41,439 nt of DNA from a virus (IMGVR_UViG_3300048575_000492:1-41439); one strand, 5' to 3'; shown: positions 16,983 through 26,247, numbered from the stretch's first letter. Made by a program: numbers and translations. Notes: generated from the sequence alone by a model not told the origin.

Positions 16983-18086
16983 TCAGCGGGCCTTGAGACG
17001 CATGGCGGCGGCGGCGGGCGAAAGCTTCTCGCCCTTCTCCTCGGCCTTGCGGATCTCGGTTTCGATGGCGTCCTGGACGTGGCCGGCGTCGGAGAAGTCC
17101 GGACCGTCGCCCGTGGCGAGTTCGCCGGTGGCAACCAGCTTCGGCAGCTTGGTCAGGAGATCGCGGAAGGCGGCGCGCGGCGACGTTTTCACTTCCTGTT
17201 CGCCCTCGGAGAAGGTCAACTCGCCTTCGCCGAGCTCGGAGAACAGCGCCAACGCCGTCGCCTGCAGGCCGATCGGCAAACGGCCGTCCTTGACGACCGC
17301 GCCGACGAACAGGTCGTCGTCCATCTTCCGGGCCACTCTCGCCGTTTCGGAGAAGGACGCTTCTCGCGTCGTCAGGGCCGCCTCACGGTCGGCAAGGGCT
17401 TTCTCGCGGGCAGCGATCGCCGCCAGCTGCTCGTCGGCAGACTTGTTGGTCATCTCGGTATCCTTGGGCTCGGGGTCCGCAAAGGCGGGCTGGACATCGG
17501 TGCGGATTTCGGACGCCACCCGAACGAGCTGGTCGATCTCGTAACCAGGGATCAGGCGATCGGCCGTCTCGGCGTCGGTGGTTTCGATGAGGTAGTCGCG
17601 CAGCCCTCGGAACAGGCGCGCCAGGCCTTCGAACACCCACGGCTGGCTGAACTCTCCGAACTCGATCTCGACGGTGTCGTCGCCGTCGGCAAACTCGATC
17701 GGCTTCAGTCCTTTCACCGCCGGCGGCTCGGCTCCGAGGAACCCGACGTGCCGAAGGTAGTACTGACCTGGCGTGGGATTGTTGGCGCTGTCCGGTCGGT
17801 AGAACGAGGCTGAAACCTTTTTGAACGAGCCGTTCTTCACCAGCTCGGAGAAGTCGTCGTTCACCTTGTCCGGCGTCGCGACCAGGCGGTCTTTCCTGAC
17901 CGCCAGGCCGGCAATCCAGCCGTAGGCCGGCGCATCCTGCTTCGGATGTCCCACCACGATCGGCGCTTCATGCGTCGCCGGATCGTAGCCGGCGGCGATG
18001 GCCGCGATATCGGCCTCGCTGAAGGAGAGCGCATCGCCGGACGTCGGCGTATGCCTCCCGGATTTGAAGATTTCGAACGGTTTCAT
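16983..18086 (-). CDS. Prohead protease/scaffold (Mu gpI-like)
   Basis: FEIFKSGRH, EAPIVVGHP, PAYGW, KKVSASF and LRHVGFLGAEPPAVKGL motifs with a coiled-coil C-terminus; start MKPFEI. Confidence 0.92.
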   Translation of the reverse strand: MKPFEIFKSGRHTPTSGDALSFSEADIAAIAAGYDPATHEAPIVVGHPKQDAPAYGWIAGLAVRKDRLVATPDKVNDDFSELVKNGSFKKVSASFYRPDSANNPTPGQYYLRHVGFLGAEPPAVKGLKPIEFADGDDTVEIEFGEFSQPWVFEGLARLFRGLRDYLIETTDAETADRLIPGYEIDQLVRVASEIRTDVQPAFADPEPKDTEMTNKSADEQLAAIAAREKALADREAALTTREASFSETARVARKMDDDLFVGAVVKDGRLPIGLQATALALFSELGEGELTFSEGEQEVKTSPRAAFRDLLTKLPKLVATGELATGDGPDFSDAGHVQDAIETEIRKAEEKGEKLSPAAAAMRLKAR

Positions 18087-18125
18087 GAGAGGGAGCGTCG
18101 CACTTGCTCCACCCCCTAAACACCC

Positions 18126-18147
18126 ACGCATATGCGTCAGGGGCGGC
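18126..18147 (-). promoter_or_regulatory. Candidate late-activator (C/Mor) binding dyad upstream of the protease-capsid operon
   Basis: Perfect palindrome ACGCATATGCGT followed by CAGGGGCGGC; a near-identical motif lies upstream of the lysis operon. Confidence 0.6.
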
Positions 18148-18278
18148 CGTCTTCCTGTTGTGGAAGAGGCCGGCGCTTTAAAACGAGTTTCAAACGGGAA
18201 ATTTGCCTCGCTGACGGGCGGGACGGTTCGGAGGGTACACCCGGCCCGCCCAAATTGCCAAGCCGTTCCTGAGGCGGT

Positions 18279-18794
18279 TTATGGGGAAAGGCCTTCCGGG
18301 CCGACTGCCATGAGGAAGTGATCTTCGACAATGGCGAGGATCTCGGTGATATCGGCGTCGGAGAAGCCAAGGAACTGCCGCTGCGGGATCGTCACCGACT
18401 GCAGACGGAATTCCTGGCCGCCCATCGAGAAGAACAGGGCTGACGCCGTCTTGGGTACGATCTTGCCGCCCTCGTTGTGGATTCTCGCGTAGATGACGTC
18501 GGAGCCGATATCGACGGCGCTTTGGTCGGCCAGCTGATAGAAGATCTGCGCCAGGCGTCCACTCTCGCCCTTCAGCTTGCCAGGCCCCTTCTTGGTGAGC
18601 GCATAAAGCGGGTTGAGAGCCGGCCATGGCCGACCCTGCGGGTCAGTCTCGGTGCCGAAGCGCTCCTTGGTGACCTGCGTCTCATATTCACCGATGTTCT
18701 TAAGAGCCGGCCGGACGTCGCCGGCGGCGGCGTAGAGCCGATCGAGGCCATCGACCACCGTGTCGGCATTGAAGGTCAGAACCGCCCCCGTCAT
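18279..18794 (-). CDS. Virion morphogenesis protein (Mu gpG / tail completion family)
   Basis: RFGTETDPQGRPW.AL, GSDVIYARIHNEGG and IPQRQFLG motifs. Confidence 0.9.
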   Translation of the reverse strand: MTGAVLTFNADTVVDGLDRLYAAAGDVRPALKNIGEYETQVTKERFGTETDPQGRPWPALNPLYALTKKGPGKLKGESGRLAQIFYQLADQSAVDIGSDVIYARIHNEGGKIVPKTASALFFSMGGQEFRLQSVTIPQRQFLGFSDADITEILAIVEDHFLMAVGPEGLSP

Positions 18795-20026
18795 TGCCGC
18801 GCTCCTTCCGTCCTGCGGTAAAGCAGCGCGCCGGTGCGCCCCGCGTAGATTGCTCCGGCGTCACCAACGTTGGCGATCGCCCGCCAGCCGGCTTTGGTCC
18901 ATGCGAACTTGATCAGCAGCTCCTGTCCGCTTGGCAGCAGCATGCGCCGAATGTAGCTGCGCCGTAGGACAACGCTGTTGCCGATCGCCGCCCAGTCGAC
19001 CCAGATTTCGTCGGGATCGATGATCGCCTGGGCCAGCAGGATGGCATATTGCCCCTGGGCGCCGCTAAACTGTAGGCCGTCGGCGGAAGTGCGATCTTGA
19101 AACAGCGCCTTGTCGATGCCGACGATGCCGCCCGACTTATCCCGGAAATAGGTCTCTTCGCCAGGCACGGTTCCAAACGGCTTTAAGAACGCCTTGGCAT
19201 AGTCGGTCGGCTCCAGGTCCGGCGCCAGAACGTCGGCCGCCGGCGCCGGCCGGGGTTCAGGCATCGGAGGCAGATCACGCGCCGGTTGCGTGGCTCCAAA
19301 CGCCGGCAACGGCTGTCGCAGTTCGGTGGGAACGACGCCCTGCAGCCACTCCTCGCCGACGTTATATTCCCAGCCGCGATCGACGCCGCGATAGCGCGTT
19401 TCGGCCTGGCCGGTGCGCGGGTCTTTGGCCTGGTAGGGAGCTAAGTCCGGATCGGGGTCAGCGCCGAATTTGCCAAGCGCCCGCATCTGACGATCCGAGA
19501 GAGCCTCAACGTCGCAGCCGCAGCCCCAGCCGTTAGGCGGAAAGATGATCTTCCAGATGGGATTGTCGGCCGCCCAGACCTTGCCGTCCCAGCTCAGATG
19601 CAAGAGGCGCGGATGCAGTGCGTGCGAGTGCTTGTAGCGCCACCACGGCCGATAGCGGAGCACGTCGGGATCGGTGAGCTGAGCATAGCGGCCGGCCATG
19701 TAGCTGGTCCGCATATTGGTCGTGTAGATGATCCTGGCGCGCCAGGCGCGACGCTCCTCCTCGGTCGAGCCGCGCGCATTGAACTTCCAGCCCGTGCGGT
19801 CGACGATCTCGTCGAAAGTCTTCCGGAAGTCGTCAAGGGTGGTTCCCTCCGTCCGGGCCCTCTCGATCGCTGCCCTGAAGTCCGACAGCATGTCGTCGCG
19901 CGTGACGCCGGCGACGGAAAAAGCTCTGACGTGGGCGCCGTGTCGGAGATCGTCATACTTCTTCGTCGGCAGGTTGACCTTGCCGGCGAGAAAGTTGATC
20001 GCTTCCTGGAAGCGAAGCTCAGCCAT
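18791..20026 (-). CDS. MuF minor head protein with a C-terminal PBECR2-like nuclease-fold extension
   Basis: MuF core (AFSVAG, IIYTTNMRTSYMAGRY, PPNGWGCGC) followed by AIIDPDEIWVDW..RRSYIRR. Confidence 0.85.
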   Translation of the reverse strand: MAELRFQEAINFLAGKVNLPTKKYDDLRHGAHVRAFSVAGVTRDDMLSDFRAAIERARTEGTTLDDFRKTFDEIVDRTGWKFNARGSTEEERRAWRARIIYTTNMRTSYMAGRYAQLTDPDVLRYRPWWRYKHSHALHPRLLHLSWDGKVWAADNPIWKIIFPPNGWGCGCDVEALSDRQMRALGKFGADPDPDLAPYQAKDPRTGQAETRYRGVDRGWEYNVGEEWLQGVVPTELRQPLPAFGATQPARDLPPMPEPRPAPAADVLAPDLEPTDYAKAFLKPFGTVPGEETYFRDKSGGIVGIDKALFQDRTSADGLQFSGAQGQYAILLAQAIIDPDEIWVDWAAIGNSVVLRRSYIRRMLLPSGQELLIKFAWTKAGWRAIANVGDAGAIYAGRTGALLYRRTEGARQ

Positions 20027-21506
20027 TGGCGCTCACGCTGTCGTGCCCCTCAAGGCGAGCAAGCGTGATCCCTTGCTCGAGAAGGCCGGCCAGGTCATCG
20101 ACGCCCATTTCCGACGACAGCCGCGCCAACCGCTCGACGAGATCGTCGTAATCGCGAGCCTCCTGGAACTCAGCGCGGATGCGCTCGATCATGCCGTCAA
20201 GCAGAGGCTGGCCGGACTGTTCGAGCTGATCGGAAAGGTCCTTTACGACCTGTTCTCCGGGGGGAAGCTGCCGCTCGGCAAAGGCCAGCCGATCGGCAAG
20301 GGCGCCGCCGGCGGCGTTCGGGTCGGTCGGCTGCGCCGGCTCGGTCGGTTTGGTCTCGACCCAGTCGCCTCCATAGGTTTCGTTGATGTAGTCGATGCTC
20401 GAGGGACGGTAGCCCATGTCGACCAGTTTCTTGTCACGGTCTACCTTCTTGTCGAGATCCTCGCTCTCCGAGAAATCGCGATAGACTTCGGGAATACCGG
20501 CGCCGGGATAATTCAGCTCGACGATCCAACGGATGAGTGTTCCTTTCAGCGTATCGCTGATCAGGTCGGACGCTGCCTTGGCGATGGCAATGCGGATCTC
20601 GTTGTGGATCTCGCCAAGCGACCGGGCGCCCCGCTCGCCGCTGTTGGTGGTCAGCGTCTCGCCGAGCACCGCCTCGCTCATCAGCTCGTCCAGATATCGG
20701 GCGAGCTTTTCGTAAAAGTCGCCGCCACCGCCATTCTTAGCCTCCAGGAGCTCGAGCTCGACCGTTTCGGGGACCGCAATGCCGGTGTCATTAGCCATGC
20801 GCCGCATGGCCGCGAGCAGCTGGTCTTCGCGCGTCTTGTCGAAGCCGCCCGAATAAGTACCGACTGTGGTGGGTGTCGCTGCCTTTTCGGTGCCTCGCAG
20901 CCAGTGCGCCAGCACCTGGCGTTTGAACCAGGCTGGCCAGAACAGGACGGAGCCGATGCCGACGCCATAGGGATCGTCGTCGTCATCGTCGATCGAATGG
21001 CGATGGACAATGAACTTGCGCTCGGGTACGGCCTCGCCGTCCATAGTGTTGGAACGGGTAAGCAGACGCAGCTCGCCCTCGACGGTGAACCGGAAGCGCC
21101 GCTGCTTGCGAACCTTTACGGCCGTGGCCGTCCAGACGCCATCGACGTTGGCCCAGATAACCTCGGCGACGGCGAAGCCCTTCAGAACCGCTCCGAGCAA
21201 CCCGCGCGTCAACAGGTCGAACTTGAAGGCCTTGAACTGACGCTCAACTTCGGCCGCGGCCTTCTTGTCGAGACGACTTTCAGAGGCGGGATTGACGGAC
21301 CAATTGCGCTGGATGACCTCCAGCTTCATTTTTTGCAGGATGGCAAAGGCGTGCGGATCCCGACGGATCTCGTCGTAGATCCGGATAGCGCTGGCGCCGC
21401 CCCGCGACGACAGCACCTCGTCGGTCGGCTGCAGCACGCCCTGAAAGTTGGGCACGTACGGATCGGACGCGACGGTCGCGATTTCCTGCATGTTGGGCTC
21501 GGCCAT
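20019..21506 (-). CDS. Portal protein (Mu gp29, DUF935)
   Basis: RDPH, GFAVAEVIW, PYGVGI, LGETLTT and GEIHNEIR motifs; start MAEPNM with RBS GAGG. Confidence 0.93.
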   Translation of the reverse strand: MAEPNMQEIATVASDPYVPNFQGVLQPTDEVLSSRGGASAIRIYDEIRRDPHAFAILQKMKLEVIQRNWSVNPASESRLDKKAAAEVERQFKAFKFDLLTRGLLGAVLKGFAVAEVIWANVDGVWTATAVKVRKQRRFRFTVEGELRLLTRSNTMDGEAVPERKFIVHRHSIDDDDDDPYGVGIGSVLFWPAWFKRQVLAHWLRGTEKAATPTTVGTYSGGFDKTREDQLLAAMRRMANDTGIAVPETVELELLEAKNGGGGDFYEKLARYLDELMSEAVLGETLTTNSGERGARSLGEIHNEIRIAIAKAASDLISDTLKGTLIRWIVELNYPGAGIPEVYRDFSESEDLDKKVDRDKKLVDMGYRPSSIDYINETYGGDWVETKPTEPAQPTDPNAAGGALADRLAFAERQLPPGEQVVKDLSDQLEQSGQPLLDGMIERIRAEFQEARDYDDLVERLARLSSEMGVDDLAGLLEQGITLARLEGHDSVSANG

Positions 21507-23133
21507 GACACATCCTCGTATAGCCAGATAGATCGGCGCGACTTTCGATGGCGCCGAAGCTGCCGCCGAAGTCGTCGAGCTTGCCGCTGTTGCGCCCATC
21601 GCCAGTCGTGCCGGCGCCGACGTCGCCGCCGTCCTGCTCGCTGGCATAGATCGCGAGGGCACCGGCGATCGCCGCCTCGCCATGGCGGGCAAACCCGTCG
21701 TTGCCGATGGTGCGGGCAGTGTCCGGCACCTTGGCGACGCCCTTGGTCATCTTCAGGCAGCGATAGTCGCCGAGCACGTCATCGTGCTTGGCAATCTCGA
21801 TGGTGCCATCCTCGAACGCCGCTTTGAGCTTCGGCATGTTGAGGATGTACCAGGCCGGCGACAGCTTGATCTCCGAGACGTAGGACAGTCCCCACTTCTG
21901 TCGCGCTGCCTCGGCATGCGACGCGCCGTTGCCGGTGGCGTCGAAAGCCGCATGAAAGAATTTCGGCATGTTGTCGCGCAGCCAGAAGACGATCTGTTTC
22001 TGGCTCTCGAAGGGCACGTCCCGTAGCTCGAGCATGAACGGCGTCGAAAGGCCGAGATTGGGCCGCACCTGGAATGGGTGGATCAGCGAGCTATCGCCGC
22101 TTCGGCCGAAGTCCTGACCGAAGCCGGACCGTAAAGCCGGGTCCATCTTCTTGACGAGCGGCAGAAGTTCTTCGCGGCAAAAGTCCTCGATTTCCGCCTG
22201 TCGAAGGTCGGCGGGCCAATCCACGAAGCCTTCCGGAGACTTCCAGCGAACCAGCGGAATATCGTCGTGCATTCGGGCGGCTATCAGCGCCCTGGGCAAA
22301 TAGGTGCCTGAAGACTGCGACGGGATGCAGAACAACTCTTCGTCGGCGCCCGCGCCGTAGAACTTGACGAGCTTGGCGCGCCATTCGGCCTCGCCCTCGG
22401 GCGTCCACGTTTTGCCGGTGACCAAACAGATGCGCTCGTAAAGGCCGTCCTGCAGGGCGTCGTCGAGCGTGATTTTCAGGTGCTTGTAGTCCTGTTTTCC
22501 TGCCAGGACGTCCTGGATGACCTCGTTGAAATAGTTTTCCCAGCCGTCGTGGGTGGAACAGACGATGACTTGGCCGCCCCACATCAGGAAGGCGAGCGCC
22601 GCCTTCAGCAGCTCCTCGAGGCTGTCGACGAATGCCGCCTCGTCGATCATCACCACGCCCTGCTTGCCACGCAGCGTGCGCGGGGCCGACGACAGACCGA
22701 CGATCTCGAAACCCGAGGCGAAGCGGATGCGGAAGGCTTGGATGGAGCGCTCGCCTGTCTCGTCCTTGTCCTCGAAAAGATACTCCTCCATTTCCGAGGC
22801 AGCCTGGCCAAACGCTCGGGCCCACATGCCGCAGGCGTCGATGAACTCGCGGGTCATCTCCTGGGAATACGAGATGTACATGAAGTCCATCCCGCCCGCC
22901 TCGCGCGAGCGACCGGCCCTCAGCACGGCGTAGGAGGCGCAGGCCCAGGTGAGGCCAATACGCCGGCTCTTCTCGATGACGAGAACGGAGCATTCGGACA
23001 CGCTCTCAAGGAGCGAGACGGTCAAAGCCTGGTAGCCGAGCAGCGCCTTGCGGACGGTAATCCGCTCGAGCACCGCGTCGGTGGAAAGCCGGCGGGCTTC
23101 CGCCCATTGTTCTTGGGTGATAGGCGCCGTCAT
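21280..23133 (-). CDS. Terminase large subunit (Mu gp28-like); reading frame runs about 75 codons into the portal gene
   Basis: Walker A EKSRRIGLT, Walker B VMIDEAAF, CSTH and nuclease GQDFGR motifs; start MTAPIT at an ATGA overlap. Confidence 0.93.
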   Translation of the reverse strand: MTAPITQEQWAEARRLSTDAVLERITVRKALLGYQALTVSLLESVSECSVLVIEKSRRIGLTWACASYAVLRAGRSREAGGMDFMYISYSQEMTREFIDACGMWARAFGQAASEMEEYLFEDKDETGERSIQAFRIRFASGFEIVGLSSAPRTLRGKQGVVMIDEAAFVDSLEELLKAALAFLMWGGQVIVCSTHDGWENYFNEVIQDVLAGKQDYKHLKITLDDALQDGLYERICLVTGKTWTPEGEAEWRAKLVKFYGAGADEELFCIPSQSSGTYLPRALIAARMHDDIPLVRWKSPEGFVDWPADLRQAEIEDFCREELLPLVKKMDPALRSGFGQDFGRSGDSSLIHPFQVRPNLGLSTPFMLELRDVPFESQKQIVFWLRDNMPKFFHAAFDATGNGASHAEAARQKWGLSYVSEIKLSPAWYILNMPKLKAAFEDGTIEIAKHDDVLGDYRCLKMTKGVAKVPDTARTIGNDGFARHGEAAIAGALAIYASEQDGGDVGAGTTGDGRNSGKLDDFGGSFGAIESRADLSGYTRMCHGRAQHAGNRDRRVRSVRAQLSGRAAADRRGAVVAGRRQRYPDLRRDPSGSARLCHPAKNEAGGHPAQLVRQSRL

Positions 23134-23720
23134 TTCGAGACGCCCAGGATCTTGTCGAGGATGGCCTCGGCCGCCTCCGAACTGAGGCCTTTGGCCTTGG
23201 CGACCGTCTTGACGGCCTCGGCCGTCTTTGCCGCCAGCTCGGCCTGCAGCTTCTGCCGGCGTGTCGTCGACAGACCTTCTGCTTGGATGAGCTGGCGCAC
23301 CGCCCCGGCGGCGGCCAATGCCTCCTTGGGCGTGAAATTCTTGTCCGTCGCGTTTTCGGCCATTTCGATGATCAACACCTTGATCATCCTGGTCGCCGCC
23401 TGAGTAAGACTGTCGGCGCTTTCCCCGGCCGAGTCCTTGTTCACGGCGTCGGCGATCTGCTGGGCTCGGCGCTGCCGGGCCATCAGCTTGGCGAGGCGGA
23501 GCGCGTGCCGGTTGAACGATGAAAACGCCGGGATTGCGAACTCGATCTCGCCGCGATGCTCGGCCTGCAGCTGCTGCAGCTTCAGCACGAACTCGGCATA
23601 AATGTCCGTCTGGCTGCGCGGCGTGTTCGCCAGCTCCTGCGCTGCCCACGCGACGATGCCCTCGCACTCCTCAGGCAGCTGGTCAATTGACGACGGACGC
23701 GGGCGCGTGTGCGGAGCCAT
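23130..23720 (-). CDS. Terminase small subunit (Mu gp27 / DUF3486)
   Basis: RPSSIDQLP at the N-terminus and GLS.E....I...ILG at the C-terminus; precedes the large subunit. Confidence 0.88.
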   Translation of the reverse strand: MAPHTRPRPSSIDQLPEECEGIVAWAAQELANTPRSQTDIYAEFVLKLQQLQAEHRGEIEFAIPAFSSFNRHALRLAKLMARQRRAQQIADAVNKDSAGESADSLTQAATRMIKVLIIEMAENATDKNFTPKEALAAAGAVRQLIQAEGLSTTRRQKLQAELAAKTAEAVKTVAKAKGLSSEAAEAILDKILGVSK

Positions 23721-23723
23721 GGC

Positions 23724-24029
23724 TTACTCCGGATCGCCGGGGTGTTGCACGCCGACCAGGTAGCAGCGGCGCTCCACGTGGTCGCGGCCGGCGCGGGTGA
23801 TGATGGCGCTAGTCTCGGTGCCCTCGTCGCGCGTCTGCACCGCGCCGACCTCACGCTCCAGCCAGAGCAACTGATTGCGGATGTAGTCGCGGGATTTGCG
23901 ATAGTTGAAGCACTCCAGGCGCTTCTGGAGCAGGAACGTGTTGGTCGACCCCTCGAGCTTCGGGTCGGCGAGATCCTTGAGGATGATTAGGCGGATATTT
24001 TCGTCCACCCAACGCTTGTAGTCTTCCAT
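23724..24029 (-). CDS. Mu gp26-like winged-helix protein
   Basis: RLIILKDL..QLLWLE..ITRAGRDHV..GV..P pattern and position before the small terminase. Confidence 0.75.
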   Translation of the reverse strand: MEDYKRWVDENIRLIILKDLADPKLEGSTNTFLLQKRLECFNYRKSRDYIRNQLLWLEREVGAVQTRDEGTETSAIITRAGRDHVERRCYLVGVQHPGDPE

Positions 24030-24039
24030 CGTCGGTTCC

Positions 24040-24387
24040 TCAGTTCGGTCTGGCGAGCAGGAATTCTTCGACGCGACGGGTGGTCTGCTGGGTGGCCTTT
24101 GCCGACTCGGCCAAGGTCGCCACGTAGCCTTTCAGCTCAGTGAGATCGAGCTGCAGCTGATGCACGGCATCCTTGCTAGGCAGGTGCTTCATTTCGGCTT
24201 CCAGCCCCTGAATTCGCCGGTCGTGTTCGATCACCTTCTTTTCCGTCGCCTCGGCGTCTACGGCGAGGGATTTGACCGTCTTCTCAAGGTCTTTTTCGCC
24301 CGAGGACAACCAGGTCTTCAGGTGCCCCGCGAGGGCGATGAGAGCGAGCGCGAGCGCCGCGTACTGTGAGATTTCCGCCGGCGTCAT
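24040..24387 (-). CDS. DUF2730-like membrane-anchored coiled-coil protein (Mu gp25 position)
   Basis: N-terminal hydrophobic helix, RIQGLEAEMKHLPSKD motif; start MTPAEI. Confidence 0.75.
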   Translation of the reverse strand: MTPAEISQYAALALALIALAGHLKTWLSSGEKDLEKTVKSLAVDAEATEKKVIEHDRRIQGLEAEMKHLPSKDAVHQLQLDLTELKGYVATLAESAKATQQTTRRVEEFLLARPN

Positions 24388-24602
24388 TTGGATAGCTTCT
24401 CCGCCTCGTAGAATTCCTGGCACTCGATGCAGCGCTTCGCCCAAGGTGCGGCAATGCGGCGTTCCGCCGGAATGGCGTTGCCGCAGTCGATGCAGGTTTC
24501 GGTACCCGGCGCCGCCACGGCGGCCTTGGCCGCGTCGATCCGCTTCTGGCGTTCGGCTTCCACCCGCTCCTCGGCTTGCTGCTTCAGTTCCTCGACGTTC
24601 AC
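24384..24602 (-). CDS. TraR/DksA C4-type zinc-finger protein
   Basis: CIDCG.AIPAERR.A.P...RCIECQ; GTG start at a GTGA overlap. Confidence 0.9.
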   Translation of the reverse strand: MNVEELKQQAEERVEAERQKRIDAAKAAVAAPGTETCIDCGNAIPAERRIAAPWAKRCIECQEFYEAEKLSK

Positions 24603-24880
24603 GGCACGCCTCCCGCCGCGTCGATCGCGCTGACCGCCGCAGCCCGGCGCCCGTCGCACGTGCGGATCATCCCGCGATCGCGCGACCAGAGGTCCGTCGT
24701 CTCGGCCTGGCCGAGAGCGCGATCAGGGAGCGGCGTCGCCTCGCAGGCAATGCGCGACTGCGCCGGCGCCGTCACTGTTACGGTCGCCTTGGCCTCCACT
24801 TTCGGGAGATCAACGTGTTCGAAGCAGCCGGACACGATCACGGCTGATGCCGCAATCGTCAGCGCCAGGTAGAGCCGCAT
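24599..24880 (-). CDS. Outer-membrane spanin (Rz1-like lipoprotein)
   Basis: Signal peptide with lipobox VSGC, further Cys residues; starts inside the i-spanin gene in another frame. Confidence 0.8.
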   Translation of the reverse strand: MRLYLALTIAASAVIVSGCFEHVDLPKVEAKATVTVTAPAQSRIACEATPLPDRALGQAETTDLWSRDRGMIRTCDGRRAAAVSAIDAAGGVP

Positions 24881-25175
24881 TCTGGGCCTCCAATTCGGCT
24901 TGTTGATCTTTAAGTTTGCGGTCGGCTTCGGCCAGTTCCGCGTCCTTCTGCATGGAGAGACGGGCAAGGCTCAAAGCTGCCGTCGCCACCTTGGCGTTGG
25001 CTTCCGAGATCTGGCCCTGCCAGTAGGCGTCGCGGGCCGTCTTGGCCTCCTCGCGCGCCGTCTCGATCATGCCGTTGAGCTTGGCGACGCCGAGCGCGAA
25101 AAGGGCCGCCGCCGCGAGCGCCACGGCGGCTGCGATGAGATACGGCAGGGCTTTGCCGGTCATCCACGCAATCAT
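24810..25175 (-). CDS. Inner-membrane spanin (Rz-like)
   Basis: N-terminal TM helix, then coiled coil and a C-terminal Cys; overlaps the lipoprotein gene. Confidence 0.8.
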   Translation of the reverse strand: MIAWMTGKALPYLIAAAVALAAAALFALGVAKLNGMIETAREEAKTARDAYWQGQISEANAKVATAALSLARLSMQKDAELAEADRKLKDQQAELEAQNAALPGADDCGISRDRVRLLRTR

Positions 25176-25447
25176 GCCCCACCTCCCGGCTGGTCGCGCG
25201 CCTGGTAAGGGGGGAGCGGTTCGCCGCGCTCCTGGCTGGCCGCGAAATCCTTGGAGCCATAATGGCGGTGAATGCCCAGCGTGCCGCCGATCAGCAGCAC
25301 CATCGACGGCAGGGCGATGTTCGCGAACTGGACAGCCTGGTCGGAACCGTAGACGGCGCCAACGGCGAGAAGAACGATCACTGCCCAGGCCAACCCGAAG
25401 TTGGCCCAGATGGCACGCTTGGTGGTTGAGTAGGCCGGCCGCTGCAT
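25172..25447 (-). CDS. Holin-like two-TM protein
   Basis: Two hydrophobic helices; lies between endolysin and spanins. Confidence 0.7.
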   Translation of the reverse strand: MQRPAYSTTKRAIWANFGLAWAVIVLLAVGAVYGSDQAVQFANIALPSMVLLIGGTLGIHRHYGSKDFAASQERGEPLPPYQARDQPGGGA

Positions 25448-25448
25448 G

Positions 25449-26165
25449 TCAGGCCTCGTTGGTGGAAAGAGGCATCCCGTCGGGCTTCAGCATCACGCGA
25501 ATGCCGATCGGCGGGGTGACGGTCATCGGCCAGCGGATGCCGTTCACGGCGAGCCGTTCCTTGGCCACCCATGTTAGCGAGACGCTGTTGGTCTGGTTGC
25601 CGCCCAACACGCGGTACGCCGTCATCGTCTCGCCGACGTAGAGGCCGACGTGGCCGCCGCCTTCACGGTTGAACACCAGTACGCTGCCGAGCGACTGGAC
25701 GTTCAGCGGACGGCCGAATGTCGCCCAGGCCTTGGCGGAGAGCGGGTTGGACGGCAGCACTTCGTCCGGCAGCGTCGCGCCCATGATGTGCGCCATGAAC
25801 AGGCCGCACCAGGGAATGTCGTCATTGTTGAAATAGCCGGCGACCCAGCCGCCGACCGCCTTGGCCCAGTTGAGGATTGTCGGATTGGACGCGGGCCCGG
25901 CGATCTCCTTCAGGCCCATGAAACGGCGTGCCTCACGCATCCATACCGGCTCCGCCGGCGGCGACACCGGATCACCGTCCGTAGTGCGCAACGCCAGCAC
26001 GGTGGCCGTGTCGGCCTTACCGGTAACGGCGAGGTGTCGCTTGACCTGGAAGGCCTTCAGCGCCGCGATCACACCGCGCCCGTGGCTGTCGTCATCGGCC
26101 GCCCGGTAGACGCCCTGAGCGGTCAGGCGCTCGATGAGCCATGCGTCGAAGGTTTGGCCAGGCAT
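25449..26165 (-). CDS. Endolysin: peptidoglycan-binding domain plus TIGR02594-like CHAP/NlpC peptidase
   Basis: ALKAFQ..L.VTG.AD..T binding motif; catalytic PWCGLF, GGHVG and LGGNQ motifs. Confidence 0.9.
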   Translation of the reverse strand: MPGQTFDAWLIERLTAQGVYRAADDDSHGRGVIAALKAFQVKRHLAVTGKADTATVLALRTTDGDPVSPPAEPVWMREARRFMGLKEIAGPASNPTILNWAKAVGGWVAGYFNNDDIPWCGLFMAHIMGATLPDEVLPSNPLSAKAWATFGRPLNVQSLGSVLVFNREGGGHVGLYVGETMTAYRVLGGNQTNSVSLTWVAKERLAVNGIRWPMTVTPPIGIRVMLKPDGMPLSTNEA

Positions 26166-26247
26166 TTTTGATCCCTCTTGAAATCCGCTTCAAACAGCGG
26201 TTTCATCAGGATCAAATCTCCCTCAATCGGCGCGTTCGGTCCGTACC

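Noticed and set aside
16608-17813. 401-aa plus-strand ORF
   Set aside because: Antisense to the protease and decoration genes; no recognisable domain.
19728-21827. 699-aa plus-strand ORF
   Set aside because: Antisense shadow of the portal, MuF and terminase genes.
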